Assembly (NCBI RefSeq): GCF_006345805.1
Contig: NW_021834565.1
Coordinates: forward strand, 1-55,999
DNA: 55,999 nt
Origin: Octopus sinensis
Taxonomy: Eukaryota
Direction: 5' to 3'
A program made the position numbers and the translations under genes. The notes below the pieces were generated by a model, which searched no databases, was not told the DNA's origin, and saw nothing but the letters and a program-made list of their open reading frames with translations. The first letter of the stretch is position 1. Each line of letters begins with the position of its first letter. This document shows positions 36,441 to 50,171 of this stretch, piece by piece.

Positions 36441-37819
36441 AATATCCTTTCTCTTTTTGCCTACGCTCTCTCTCTCTCCCTCTATCTATGTAGCTATCCG
36501 TTTCTTTTTATAGATAGACACATACGTAGGAACAGTCGCTTATGGAAATACTCTGTAACTCTGAGTTTCATGTAGCATTTCGCCTTATTTATTAATGATA
36601 TTTCACAGTGGGTACATTATACATACATCCAGATCCATTTATATATATATCGCTGAATGCCCGATGTCACTTCTAGCAACAACATGAGCCCCGCCTCGAC
36701 CAGTTACTGCTCAGCTCCCAGTAGCCATCTTTGACTTCCTGTATCTCTTTATTCGGGAATCTGTGCCCGAATAAGCTAGGTTTCTGTAACAAGTCTGCGA
36801 AACTATGAGTCGCCAGAAGCCGAATCAAAGTGTTTTAAATAATAACGATAAAAATGATTTCATTTATCTGTCACCAGGGCGAAGAAAACCATAAATAAAG
36901 TGTTGAGGTTTACAGATAATGAAATGATAGAAGGATTAAGCACCGAAACAAATGTAAGTATGCTCAGTATACAAGGAAAAGGAAGGAAAACATACACAGC
37001 ATACAAAGATTTAAAGAAAAAATGCGGGGACGGGGATGATAGAGATGTGGCCCTCTTGATACTCGATGACCCCCTACTGATAATCGAGGAACCCCACTGT
37101 CCGAGATTTTCCTGAACACCAAGTGCAGTTACCCTCTCTAATTCCTTCTCTACACTTAGAGAGGTACCATCTACTCTTGTTACTTTTGCAACTTTCACTC
37201 CCCTTTCAATAAACTCACTCGAGGACAGCACTTCCCTTTGCATCCTCCGTTTCCTTTTCGAGTGAATCTTGAAGAAATCAATGACATTTCTACCAAAGAG
37301 GAATATATCTGTCTTCATGCTTTTGAGCCTTGTCCCCCCTCAACACCACAAAACAACCTCTTTAAATGAAGTATTTTTCAAAGAACTGAGCTTATTTTCG
37401 TAGTTTAACAAAACGAAGTCCCTCCGTGGGTCGTTGAAAGTCTAAAGTTTCCCTTCTTCTCATTTCCATTTCCAATCAACACAAACGTCGATGCCAGTTC
37501 TCTGTCATTCTTTTGATATTTAGAAATATAATTTCAAAAAGATATGTAATTAGAAACAAAATCATCTATACGATGTAATAGGACGATGAAATTGTAATAT
37601 AGAAGCTACCAACGTCTACAAATCTTAACAACTTTATTTTATGTAAGAAACAAAATTAAGAATTAAAAATTATATATACAAGTACTTCAAATTAACTTAG
37701 TTTATTATAAAAGAGATTCTCTCTCCTTTAAAGGTAAATCACTACTAGAAGCACACTACGCGCTTGATATGTATTTATAATTATTGTTGTTTTTGTTGGT
37801 ATTATTATTATTATTATTA

Positions 37820-38126
37820 TTATTTTTTTTTTTTATTGTATTAAAACTCAGAGCATATTTTGCTGGGTATGATGGAAAGTGTCAGCTGTTCCACATCCAG
37901 CAGCCTAAGGTTTTGTTGGTCATGCTTCAAGAACCCTGCAAAGGATTCTTGCAGTTCCAATCAATGCTGATTTTCGTAGGTGTTCTACCTTCACACTTGC
38001 ACCAATCTTTTTCAGCCATGTTGGTAGTTGAATGCCGATACTCCCAAGAGCACCAATTTCTATTGCTATCACGTCTACTCCCTTCATTGACCACCAAACT
38101 TCGTATTTCGCAGTCCAAATAATCAT
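37820..38126 (-). mobile_element. R4/Dong-type (restriction-like endonuclease) non-LTR retrotransposon 3' end
   Basis: KYEVWWSMKGVDVIAIEIGALGSIGIQLPTWLKKIG...LRKSALIGTARILCRVLEA* matches the RLE C-terminus (KY..L..W....V.PIVIGALG...ALLGTARIL); poly(A) then (TAA)n at the 3' end. Confidence 0.82.
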
Positions 38127-38457
38127 AGCAGTTTATTTTTTTCTTCTTCTTTCTCTTTGATCCTGTTGTCACCGGAGTATGCTATGTTGATAATCATACA
38201 TGTTCTTTCTTTTTTAATCACCACAGCAGTGTCCGGTTTCCAACGTCTGGTCGGGTGATCGCACTGGATCATTGCATCCCACAGGATTTTACAATTCATA
38301 TTATTGGTGAATCTTTCTGGAATTTTCTCATACCACGTCTTTGCTCTTTGTAGGCCGTGATTTACACAGAGCTCCTAATGGAGCTCTCAGTTATTATGTG
38401 TTGTTATTATTATCATCATCATCATTGTCATCATCATCGTCATCGTCATCGTCATCG

Positions 38458-38489
<32 letters not shown>

Positions 38490-38514
38490 GTCATCATCAT
38501 CGTCATCGTCATCG

Positions 38515-38547
<33 letters not shown>

Positions 38548-38898
38548 CATCGTCATCATCATCATCATCGTCATCATCATCATCATTATCATTATTAATA
38601 TTATTATTATTATTATTTTTTTTTAAATTTTATTATTAATATTTTGTGGGGTTATTTTGGCGTTTATTATTCTTTCATACAGTCACATATATTACTTTAA
38701 AATTCTGATATTTAAGCACGCTTTCACGCATGCGCGTACATGGAAAAGGAACACACAAACACACTCGTACATACAAACAAATACCTTTATACACTCAAAT
38801 TCGTTTGCACGTACACCAGAGACATACCGTCTCTTTCACTGAAGCACACAAAAATAATTTTAAATACACACAGTACGAAATTACTTTTAGTTACACAA

Positions 38899-38937
<39 letters not shown>

Positions 38938-39208
38938 AACGCACATCATACATAAACACACAAACGCACACACGCACAAACACACACACAAACACACACA
39001 CATACATACATAAACACACACATGTAAATATATGTATATAAACATATGCACAAAACAATACACACACATGCACATAGACACACAAAGGTTCCATATGCCT
39101 AACAGTATAGTTTGCCACACACACACATATACGCATAAACGCATATTCTGACTCTCTTAACATGCACACATACATTGCAGACATACATTTCTTCAATACA
39201 CACGGACG

Positions 39209-39258
<50 letters not shown>

Positions 39259-39518
39259 CCAAGCATTTAACACACACATCTTTACACATCCATATATACA
39301 TATATGTACGCATCAGAACAAACACACACACAGACGTACACTATATATCTGTACACTTATACAAACACACATACTTACACATACACACACCTTTATACTC
39401 ACATCGTTTCTTTTTCTTTTTTTTTCCATCAAATTTCCCTTCATCTTCTATTTTATTTTCGTTCATATCATTACATCTCCCCAGATCTTTCAACTGAAAA
39501 AAAGAAGAGAAAATCGAC

Positions 39519-39580
<62 letters not shown>

Positions 39581-39885
39581 TCATGATGATGAAGATGATG
39601 ATGATGATGATGATGATGATGAGATGATGATGATGATTATGATAATGATGGTGGTGGTGGTGGTGATGATGATGATGATAATGATGATGATGACGATGAT
39701 GATGGTGATGACGATGATGACGATGATGTTTAGTCTTTCGTCTAAACACACCTTCCTTACTCCGCTCATCGGTTTGGTATCTTTTATATCCTCATTACAC
39801 TATTTCATCCTCCGACATCCAGCCTCCCTTTCTTCAATCTGAAAACGCACATACACACATACATACACACACCACACACACACAC

Positions 39886-39940
<55 letters not shown>

Positions 39941-40429
39941 ACACATCAAACTACAGACACCAACACGAAATACAGTGACACATTGCCCCACCTCCACAAT
40001 ATCCAGCATCAGTAATAACCACCACCATCATCATCACCACAACAACCACCATCATCACCACCACCACCACCATCATGCTCAACACATCACCACCGCTATC
40101 ATCACCACAACCAAGCATCATCCTCGTTATTGTCATCATTTCCAACACACCAAATATGACCACCACCACCACCACCACCAATACCAGGACTACCATGCCC
40201 ACCACAACAACACCTTCTTTACCTACACAATCACTATCAACTCCTTATCATATGTTCTTTCTGCCGTCCTTTGAAGCTGCATTACATGTCAAAAAGAACC
40301 CTCAATATGAAGAGCAAGGGCCCTCAAAATCAATGATTATCAGCCTGGGTCCACATGACCTTTGTGTGGGGGATCCATATAAGATTTCGTTGTTAAAATT
40401 TATGAGAAATCAAACGGTTAGACTTCCAT

Positions 40430-40885
40430 TGTTTTTTTGTCTCGGTCACTTGACTGCGACTATGCTGGAGCACCGCCTTTAGTCGAACAAATCGACCCCA
40501 TGACTTATTCTTTGTAAGCCTAGTACTTATTCTATCGGGTTCTTTTGCTTAACCGCTAAGTTATGGGGACGTAACCACACCAACATTGGTTGTCAAGCGA
40601 TGGTGGGGACAAACACAGACACACAAATACATACATACATACATGCATGCATATATCTATATATATATGCATGTATATATATAGGCATATATATATGTAT
40701 ATATATATATATGTATATATAAGTAAATATATATACGACAGGCTTTATTCAGTTTCTGTCTACTAAATCCACTCACAAGGCTTTGGTCGAGGCTATAGTA
40801 CCACTTGCCCGAGGTGCCGCGCAGTGGGACTGAACCCGGACCCATGTGGTTGGTAAGCAAACTATTTACTACACAGCCACTCCTT
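40430..40885 (-). mobile_element. SINE family A, near full length
   Basis: Reverse complement of the 14567 copy with an internal (TA)/(CATA) tract. Confidence 0.9.
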
Positions 40886-42177
40886 CGTATCTTAACAAGT
40901 CTTTTATACAAATGTTAATATTTAAGTATGAAAATATAATGAGACTTTTCCAACATGTGGGTCTAGGGGAGCGCCGTAGGAATCATTGGTTTCAACAGTA
41001 TTGTATTTCCTACTTCGGATAAAGCAATGCCATGGAACACGTAAATCGATGAGGAGAGCATAACTAGATTAGCGTTAGTCCTCAGGATCCGTCGAGGACC
41101 CGGGGCAATGCAGCGCATTACAGTCTTTCAATAAGCAACCACGGTATACCTTGCTTAGAAATTACAAACCACCTTTGATAAAGTGCAGAATTAGATGCAG
41201 AGTCTCGTTGGTAATGTGTTCTTCCCATGAATCCAACTGCTCTATCTTCGGCGGAATATTAAAAATCGATATTTTTTTCTACATTTATTTCCCAGAGAAG
41301 GTCAAAAAATGAGTTTAGTTCCCTGGTCAAATAATTTTCAGAATTTCACCTCAGAATTTGGCTTAACGATTCGTATCTGCATTTCTTAGGTTTTCACGGA
41401 CACGTAACAAATTAAATGCGAATAGTAATACTTTCACATTGTTTTCCTGCAGAATATGATTTTGATCTTTTTTTTAAATCCAAAATCTTAGCTGACCGAA
41501 GTGTACAATAGGAAATGTTCTAGAATATGCTATTTCTGTCGGGTTTATCTTTACTCTATCCATTTATGTGTTCAGGTTTGTGTGAGATATTTTTTAGCAG
41601 CTCATCGTATTTCATTAAAATTCTTTTTCAATTATTCTCCTACAATTTATATTAACTGATATTCAAATATGAACGTATATTTTATATTTTAACATTCGGG
41701 TGTACCACCCTGAGGAATTTTAATCGAATGGATCTACAAATATGAGAAATAAATAAAAGAATATAAGACTAATATGGAGAAAGTTCTTTTGGTTGAATTG
41801 GGGGAAACATTCCTCTCCAGATTTGGATTATCCTACATCTAGTTCACTTATGGTTTCTACAGTCAGACGGCAGGTGACACAACATTTCTTCCTTTTCTTC
41901 TCTTTTCTTTCTTATCCCGTATTTGTTCATCCTTCCACTCTCTGCATCAAACTTCTCGTTTGTTTCTCCTAGTTCCTCATGTACCAGTGTCCTGATTTTC
42001 AGATAGAACGGAACATACCATGTGCTCAGAGATCGAAGATTGCTTGAAGACACCGGGGATGTTATAATATCCTGACTAGACACGTGTTTTCACAGCAAGA
42101 AACTATTAGTAGCTCGCATATTTATACTGTTTACATAAATAACATATTTACTTATATACAATATATGTGTATGTATG

Positions 42178-42225
<48 letters not shown>

Positions 42226-42871
42226 TTATATACATATGTATATATATATACATATGTATAATATACATATATATATATATGCATATATATATATATATAT
42301 ATTATATTATATATATATATATATTATATATTATATATATATATATATATATACATATATAATAATGTATACACACATCTGTGTGTCTGTATGCATATAT
42401 ATATTCATACACTCACTTGTCGACGAATGATTTCAACATCTTTCATTTTGTACGTTTTTCCTTCCATTGCAGTTTTTTTTTTCGCCATTCTTTTCTTTCA
42501 CTTTTCTTTCTAATGTTTATCAAGAATTTTTAGTAAGACTATTTTTTGCACTCTATTGTCTGACAGTTACAAATTCTTTGCCTTCCTTTTTGGTTCCAAC
42601 TTAGATTAAATCAAATTTTTATATCTTCTTTCTATTATTTCCATAATAACTTCACTTTGTGCTATTCCCTCTATAAATCGTAGTTTTTTTTCTTATCCTT
42701 CGTTTGTTATGGCTTTGATGTTGCGAGTTCTGTAAATGTGTATATTCGTTTATAATCTCAAATGTATGTGTTTGAGTGTGCGTGCATGTAGGTGTGTATA
42801 TATATGTACGTATGCGTGGGCATAAGTGAGTACGTGTGTATGTGTTTGTATGAAGAACAAAAAAGAAAAGG

Positions 42872-43181
42872 AGCACTCTGTCGGTTACGACGACGTGGGC
42901 CCCAGTTGATACGATCAGCAGAACAGCCTGCTCGTGAAATTAACATGCAAGTGGCTGAGAACTCCACAGAGACGTGTACCCTTAACTTAGGTCTTAGGGA
43001 GATTCAGCGTGACAAGGCTGGCTATTTGGAATACAGGTACAACTCATTTTTGCCAGCTGAGTGGACTGGAGTAACGTGAAATAAAGTGTCTTGCTCAAGG
43101 ACACAACGTGTCGCCGAGAATTGAACTCACACTCTTACGACCGTGAGCCGAATTCACCAACCACTAAGCCACACCCATCTC
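42872..43181 (-). mobile_element. tRNA-derived SINE family D
   Basis: Head GTGGCTTAGTGGTTGG...GAGTTCAATTCTC, body GTGTCCTTGAGCAAGACAC, tail CGTCGTCGTAACCGACAGAGTGC. Confidence 0.85.
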
Positions 43182-43294
43182 GCGCTTGCATATATATATA
43201 TATATATATATGTATACATATATATATATATACATATACATATACATACATATATAATATATTAATATACGTTTAAATATTTGTTGTGCAAGAT

Positions 43295-43750
43295 TTTTTA
43301 TGTGAAGTCGTGTGTTGAAAACAGATATTGTTATAGTTCGGAATGTCATATTGCCAGTTTAGCCAATAAACACACGCGCACATATATTTGTGGTTTATTT
43401 TGGCTTCAGTGATTTTATTTTTACATTAATCTTCATCTTATTTCGGCCAAAGTTCTTTCGTCACGACTCCTGTGACGCATCAGTTGGTCCCCTTGTTTTC
43501 TTCTCACTTACCTTGTTCTCTCCTTACTAACCGTCAGCCATTGTTGTAGTTCTATTGTATGTCTTCATTTGCGCAAGTAAGTAAGAAGAAAACAAAGGAC
43601 CACTGATGCGTCACAGGATGTGACGAAAGAACTTTGGCCGAAATAAGATTAAGATTAATGTAAAAAATAAATATCACTGAAGCAAAAATAACACCAAATA
43701 TATAGTGGCGTGTTTTTTTATTGGCTAAATGGCATATGACCATTCCGAAA
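43295..43750. mobile_element. Penelope-like fold-back with about 175 bp inverted arms containing a hammerhead-like motif
   Basis: 43337-43511 vs 43577-43749; motif GGACCA-CTGATGC-GTCACA GGA TGTGAC-GAAAGAACTT-TGGCC at 43597-43639; (TA)n flanks. Confidence 0.65.
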
Positions 43751-43864
43751 TATAAAATATATATATATATATATATATTATTATATATATATATTACATA
43801 CATACATATATATATATACTATCATACGTATACATATATATATATATATATACCTATATATATA

Positions 43865-43906
<42 letters not shown>

Positions 43907-43991
43907 TTACACACACATGTATGTATGTAGGTATGCGTGTATAAAGTTCACAAAAAACAAAAGACGAAGACGGCTGGTGTAGACAACGAAC

Positions 43992-44033
<42 letters not shown>

Positions 44034-45237
44034 TATATATATCATGAGGGCACGCGAGGCGCCTACCTGCTAGAACCCTCTGTTAAACCACCTATAACAC
44101 TTAATAATAATGATAATATCTATATAAAAAATTCGCATTTGAATACTATTCCTTATGCATGTGAGTGTGTGTGTGTATGTGTGTGTAAAGAGAGAGAAAG
44201 AGAAATATGTATTCATTTGTGTTTATATTTAAAAGCATGTAAATAGATGTGTGTATATATATATATGTATAAATGTATATATATGTATGTAGGTATGTAC
44301 ATATGTATGTAGTTTAGTGTTATATGAAGCAGTGCGTATGTGTTTTGGTGGTCCTTTATATTTACCTTTCAAATACATCGAGTCAATTTGCTTCGATGCA
44401 AAACAGTGCGCGGATCCGCTGTACTCTATATTTACCACAAAGATTAATCGCAACCTCGATTTAAGATTAATCACAAATTGCACTCGTCTTATTCAGCGTT
44501 TAATTAGCACTCGTTTTCTCAATTTGTATTGCTAATGACAAGGTCATGTCACCGTGTTCACTATGAATTTAAATGAACAAGGAGAAACTGAATACAATGG
44601 CGTCAATGCTATATATTAACTAATTGCTGGTCGTGAGCTTGCTGCACCGGAAGTTCTTGCAGAGATCACGTGGTCCTTTTTTCATTCACATTCGATTATT
44701 TCTGCAACGCAACCGCATTATCGTTGTATTTCAAACTGTTCTAACCGTGTTTTGGACTTGGAAATTAAAATCGGATTCGGTTAAAAAAAAAAGAATAATA
44801 AAAACATCTGTTCTTTTATCTAAATATATAGCTGAACTTGTATTTCATTTCTCTTTCTGTCTGTCTGTCTCTCTATCTATCTACTTATCTAACTATCTAC
44901 CAATCTATCTATCTACCTATCTATCTATTTAGCTATTTATGCATCTATCTACTAATTTATTTATCTGTCTATCTTTCTCTCTATCCATCCATCAATCCAT
45001 CCATCTATCTACCTGTCTCTCTCTTCCTCTCTCTCTCTTTCTCTCTCTCTCTATCTATCTATCTAATTACCTATCTATCTATCTTTTTAATTATCTATCT
45101 ATCTAATTATCTTTCTATCTATTCACGTGTGTACCATTCTGATTGTTTATCTATCTGCCTGTCTGTTGGTAGATATATCGAATACTTACAAACAGGCGCA
45201 ACATATGTGTGATATATATATGTATGAATATACACAT

Positions 45238-45303
<66 letters not shown>

Positions 45304-46003
45304 TGTATATATGGTATGTATGTATGTATGTATGTATGTTGTATGTATTTTATGTATGGTAGGTTGTATGTATGTATGTATGTGTGTATGTATGTATGAC
45401 ACACGTCATATACATGACCTATTTCATACACATAACATAGGTCATGTATATGACCTGTGGCCAGCCCTTTTTTCTCTCTTCCTTTTTTAGGCCGGTGGCT
45501 AAGCTGACCGCTCGTCTATTTGTTGCCTTTCTAATCCTTTAGGATTGCCCTCTAAGCGTTACCCACCAATTGTTCGTTTGGCCCAAAGGCTGCATTTTGT
45601 TCGCTTCTCATTTATCTCGTCTTTGTCCTTCGTCCATCGCCTTGAATTACTTTTATTCCCTTTCGCATGGCCACTTCTGTATCGCTTGTTATCCATCTAT
45701 TGTTTGCTCTCGGACCTATATTCCCCGCAACTTTCGCAGGCACCGTCAGCATAGGAAGCCCCCTTCAGTCTTATCATCAATGGTGCGAAACTAATACCAC
45801 CTGGTTGATTACTAATGAAGGACTAGAAACCTTCTGTTTTTGTTTTCCGTCATGTTTCTGCACTCAGTATACGTTTTCCCGTTCGTCTGTGCATTCATTA
45901 TATCGTTTCTGCATTTACTATACATTTTTTCACTCATCAAGTAACGCAACGCGACGCCCCCTGACTTTTATTAACAGTATATATATATATATATAATTAA
46001 AAT

Positions 46004-46110
46004 CAGTCCCAATGCATGCACCTTGGGCAAGTGATTTCTACTATAGCCACGACCCGACCAAAGCCTTGTGAGTGGATTTGGTAGGCGGAAACTGAAAGAA
46101 GCCCATCGTA
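46004..46110 (+). mobile_element. SINE family A fragment
   Basis: CACCTTGGGCAAGTG...GGAAACTGAAAGAAGCCC. Confidence 0.8.
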
Positions 46111-46246
46111 TTTCTAGCGTTAGATTGACCACATGGTGGACTCTCTCTTATTATTTATATATATATAATAGAAATATTAAAATTACTAGTCTCTCTAAAG
46201 GAGATTACGGGCAGCGTTACTGGGATATGAATATGGCAGTCCATAA

Positions 46247-46277
<31 letters not shown>

Positions 46278-46278
46278 A

Positions 46279-46441
46279 TAAAATATTATTAGAGACAAAA
46301 CCACAATTGCAAACAAACAAGGAAGACTTAATCAATACATAAAATTTTAAGAAAGAGTCATTTATTAAAATTTTATGTATTGATTAAGTATTTCCTTGTT
46401 TGTTGCCAAAATAGTGGTTGTCTCTCATTTATAATATTTTA
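46279..46441. repeat. Imperfect fold-back (about 72 bp arms) beside (TA)n
   Basis: CAAACAAGGAAGACTTAATCAATACATAAAATTTTAA vs TTAAAATTTTATGTATTGATTAAGTATTTCCTTGTTTG. Confidence 0.75.
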
Positions 46442-46529
46442 CTATAAAATCGATTATCTAAATCTGATTTTTCCTGTAAAATTTGGATTTATTCCCTATA
46501 TTATATATATATATATCTATATATATTAT

Positions 46530-46569
<40 letters not shown>

Positions 46570-46571
<2 letters not shown>

Positions 46572-46790
46572 TTAATCCAAACATGAAAACACAAACAGAA
46601 AACGCAACAACACGAGGGGTGGAAGAAGTATAGTGTTATTGGACGCTCAGAAAAGGAAAGAAAGAAGGAGGATCTAATGTTTCGAGCGGAGCTCTCGTCA
46701 GAAACATAGGAAAAGGAAAGATCCATGGAAGGAAGACGAGGAAAAAAATCGCCAACGATACACCACCGGTCATACATATACACATATACA
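46570..46790 (-). mobile_element. Penelope-like terminal repeat with a minimal hammerhead motif (46705-46672)
   Basis: GTTT-CTGACGA-GAGC TCC GCTC-GAAAC ATT-AGAT; core intact, stems I and III partly decayed; same layout as 17262-17297. Confidence 0.6.
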
Positions 46791-46819
46791 CATCTATACA
46801 TACATAACATACTATATAT

Positions 46820-46873
<54 letters not shown>

Positions 46874-46935
46874 ACAACAATACCTGTTTCAACAGACGGT
46901 TTCACATCAGAAATCATGCATATATATATATATAT

Positions 46936-46994
<59 letters not shown>

Positions 46995-47119
46995 GTACAT
47001 ATATATGTATGTATTATAACTACATACATACATACATACATATACATACATAACATACATACATACATACATACATACATAACTACATATATATGTGTGC
47101 ATGTGCGTGAGTGAATTTG

Positions 47120-47310
47120 TGTTGCATGATTTCTGATGTGAAACCGTGTGTTGAAACAGGTATTGTTGTCTTTCAGGATGGTTATTTTTTTCTTCTTTTT
47201 CCAAAATAAACACACACATTACATACTACTATCCTTATTCTAACCCATGTCCAATGTCCGGAAATCTTTCGTCACACATCTGTGACCTCTTCAGCAACAC
47301 TTTCCATCTT
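47120..47310 (-). mobile_element. Relative of the 43295 family with a hammerhead-like motif (47300-47258)
   Basis: CTGAAGA-G-GTCACA GATG TGTGAC-GAAAG; shares GTGTGTTGAAACAG.TATTGTT and AATAAACACAC with 43310-43375. Confidence 0.55.
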
Positions 47311-47504
47311 CATGCGTGCTCCTGCTGTACTTAGTTCATTCTGTTCTTCTATGATGTGTATCCTTATATGCTCATGCATTTGCGTCTGTATTTGAGTGAG
47401 AGGTGTGAAGGAAGGAGGGGCGGTGAGTGCGCGGACATGTCTAATTATTTCGCATATGCCTTTCAGCTTGTTGTCACCTTTATTGTTATAGTGTTATGGG
47501 ATGT

Positions 47505-47697
47505 TCTGGAAGATGTAACTGTATTTCGAAAAGACCAGCCTTGTCACATTATGTTTCATGCTGAATCTGTCCGGGAACTACGTTAAGGGTACGCCTGCCT
47601 GTGGAGGGCTATGCCACTTGCACGATAATTTCACTAACAGACTGTTCCGTTGATCGCCTCAACCGAAACCCTCGTCGTCGTAACCGACGGAGTGCCA
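47505..47697 (+). mobile_element. Diverged family D SINE tail
   Basis: CCAGCCTTGTCAC...CTCGTCGTCGTAACCGACGGAGTGCC. Confidence 0.65.
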
Positions 47698-47749
47698 GTC
47701 ATAATTGTTCGATCAATTATACTTTATTATTCGCTTTTATATATTTATA

Positions 47750-47912
47750 GGCGCAGGAGTGGCTGTGTGGTAAGTAATTTGCTTCCCAACCACATGGTTC
47801 CGTGTTCAGTCCCAATGCGTGGCACCTTGGGCAAGTGATTTCTACTATAGCCACGGCCCGACCAAAGCCTTGGGAGTGGATTTGGTAGGCGGAAACTGAA
47901 AGAAGCCCGTCG

Positions 47913-47944
<32 letters not shown>

Positions 47945-48275
47945 TGCATGTATGTATGTATGTATGTATGTATGTATGTATGTATGTATGTATGTATGTA
48001 TGTATGTATGTATGTATGTATGTATGAATGTATGCATGTATGTATGTATGTATGTATATGTATGTTTGTGTGTGTATGTTTTTCCTCACCAACGCTTGAC
48101 AACCGATGCTGGTGAGTTTACGTCCCCGTAACTTAGCGGTTCGGCAAGAGACCGATAGAATAAGTACTAAACTTACAAAAAGTAAGTCTCGGAGTCTATT
48201 TGTTCAGCTAAAAGGCGGTGCTCCAGCATGGTTGCATTCAAATGGCTGAAACAAATGAAAGAATAAAAGAAAAGA
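47750..48275 (+). mobile_element. SINE family A, full length, internal (TATG)n
   Basis: High similarity to 14567 and 26233. Confidence 0.92.
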
Positions 48276-48594
48276 ACTTAATTTCATCAGAGAAAAAGCC
48301 GGAGAAACGTTTTCGCTTTTTTTTTGTGATTATTGAGAAGACATACCTTTTAAAAGTCAGTGAAGTCTCTAGGGAACATTGTTTAAATCAAAAAGAGGCC
48401 CTTGGCAATGAAAAGGTTTGAAGCCATTGGGATATGGTATAATACAATTATAGTTGCTGTTCTTTAGCTCCCGGTCAGTATTCCGCTGTGATCCACTTTC
48501 CCTTCCATCCTTTCGGGGTCAATAAATAATCTGATCAAAGCCGTTATCACTTTGATCAACCTTTAACCAAAATAAAACCTGTTATACTCTAGAG

Positions 48595-48877
48595 CAGTGG
48601 TACTCAACCCTTCTTTTACTTATGGACCCCTTTTGGTTCCTATTCTACAACGGTGGACCTTCAAACCCATTTGATCTTTGAAATATCCTATTATATGTTT
48701 ATAATTAATATCAATAAATACCGTTTTTATGATTAAATACCATTAGGAATTGTATAAAGAACGTAAAACATTTTAAGTATTGCAGAAGTACAAACGGTTG
48801 ATTGCACATAAATGCTAAGAACTAAATCTGATGCATGAACCCTGAAGGGCCATATGGTTCCCGGGTGGGAACCGCTG
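48595..48877. mobile_element. hAT (Charlie-type) MITE
   Basis: TIRs CAGTGGTACTCAACC / GGGTGGGAACCGCTG; 8 bp flanks CTCTAGAG / ATCTGGAC resemble the NTCTAGAN Charlie target. Confidence 0.7.
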
Positions 48878-49489
48878 ATCTGGACTGAAAGGGAAGCAAC
48901 AGTCAATATTCCCGTGGTTGTTAAGATCAAAGTTGTGTAATAATGCTTTCTAATTTTGACACGGGATAAACGATTTTAAGGGATGGGGTAAGTCGATTAG
49001 ATCTGCCCCAGTGCCGAATTGGTCCTTATGAAAGCCAGAGTCAACTACCGACGGCATTTGAAATGAGAATGTAAAGAGCCGGGAGATATGTCACTAAGCA
49101 TTTTGTCCAGCGCTGCAATGACGCTGCCCACTCGCCACCTTTACTGTGAAATGATAATAAAAGTACCTTGATGTGGTACCTTTGTACATCTAACAGTACT
49201 GAGCCAGTGCGAAAATGCTTTCCTGTTTAAAAACCAGATGGTAAGAATTACACCACTGGCAGTCGTATACTAAGAGGACTTGGTAAGACACTGTCGGTTG
49301 AAGAAGGGTCTTGGATGTAAAGATGCTGAACATTCGTAAAATGAATGATGCTGATGCTGATGCTGCCGTTGCTGCTGCTCTTACGAGAAGTGGTAGTGTA
49401 AGGTTTGGTTTTGGTGGCTGCATCTATGGTGGTGGACGGTGATGGTGATGGTGGCAGTGGTGGTAGCTATATTACTTATAGATGTAACT

Positions 49490-49557
49490 TGTTTATGGTG
49501 GTGATATGATAATGGTAGTGATGATGATGATGAAGATGATGATGATGATGATGATGT

Positions 49558-49595
<38 letters not shown>

Positions 49596-49800
49596 TTGAT
49601 GATGATGATGATGATGATGATGTTGATGATGATGATGATGATGATGATGATGACGACGACGATGTGGAAGAGGATGATGAGGAGGAGAAGGAGAAGGAGG
49701 AAGTGGACGAGGAGAAAGAGGACAAGGAGGAGGATAGTGATGATTAATAAGACGACGAGGATGATGATGAGGAGGGGGAGGAAGAGGAAGAGCAGTATAG
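49490..49800. repeat. (GAT)n and (GAG/GAA) microsatellite
   Basis: Directly visible. Confidence 0.95.
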
Positions 49801-50030
49801 TGCGATGGTTCCGCCCCAGTTAAAGAAAGCAAAATGAAATTACAGATTCCGTACAACTGTAAATCTAAGGGATGGACGCATGGCTATTGTGAGGGGTCGA
49901 GGCGGATGAGTAAATAACATGGCCGGATGCTTGGTGTGTGTGCGTAGAAGGTGGGGACTGGAATCATTTGTTGAGGGTGGTTGTCATATCATTATCTCTC
50001 ATGCATCAGGACGCATGAGTAATATATACT

Positions 50031-50088
<58 letters not shown>

Positions 50089-50137
50089 CAGTAGCTGTAG
50101 TAGTAGCAGCAGCTGTAATAGTAGTAGTAGTAGTAGT

Positions 50138-50171
<34 letters not shown>

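Noticed and set aside
41844-42083. 79 aa minus ORF with an internal GTATGT donor-like site
   Set aside because: Non-ATG start, weak acceptor, unrecognised peptide, and partly purine-rich low complexity.
45405-45454. 18 bp perfect inverted repeat
   Set aside because: Built largely from TA/CATG low-complexity sequence; no further support for function.
45770-45835. CTAATGAAGGACTAGAAAC as a hammerhead remnant
   Set aside because: Core is mutated and no stem II or stem I pairing is evident.
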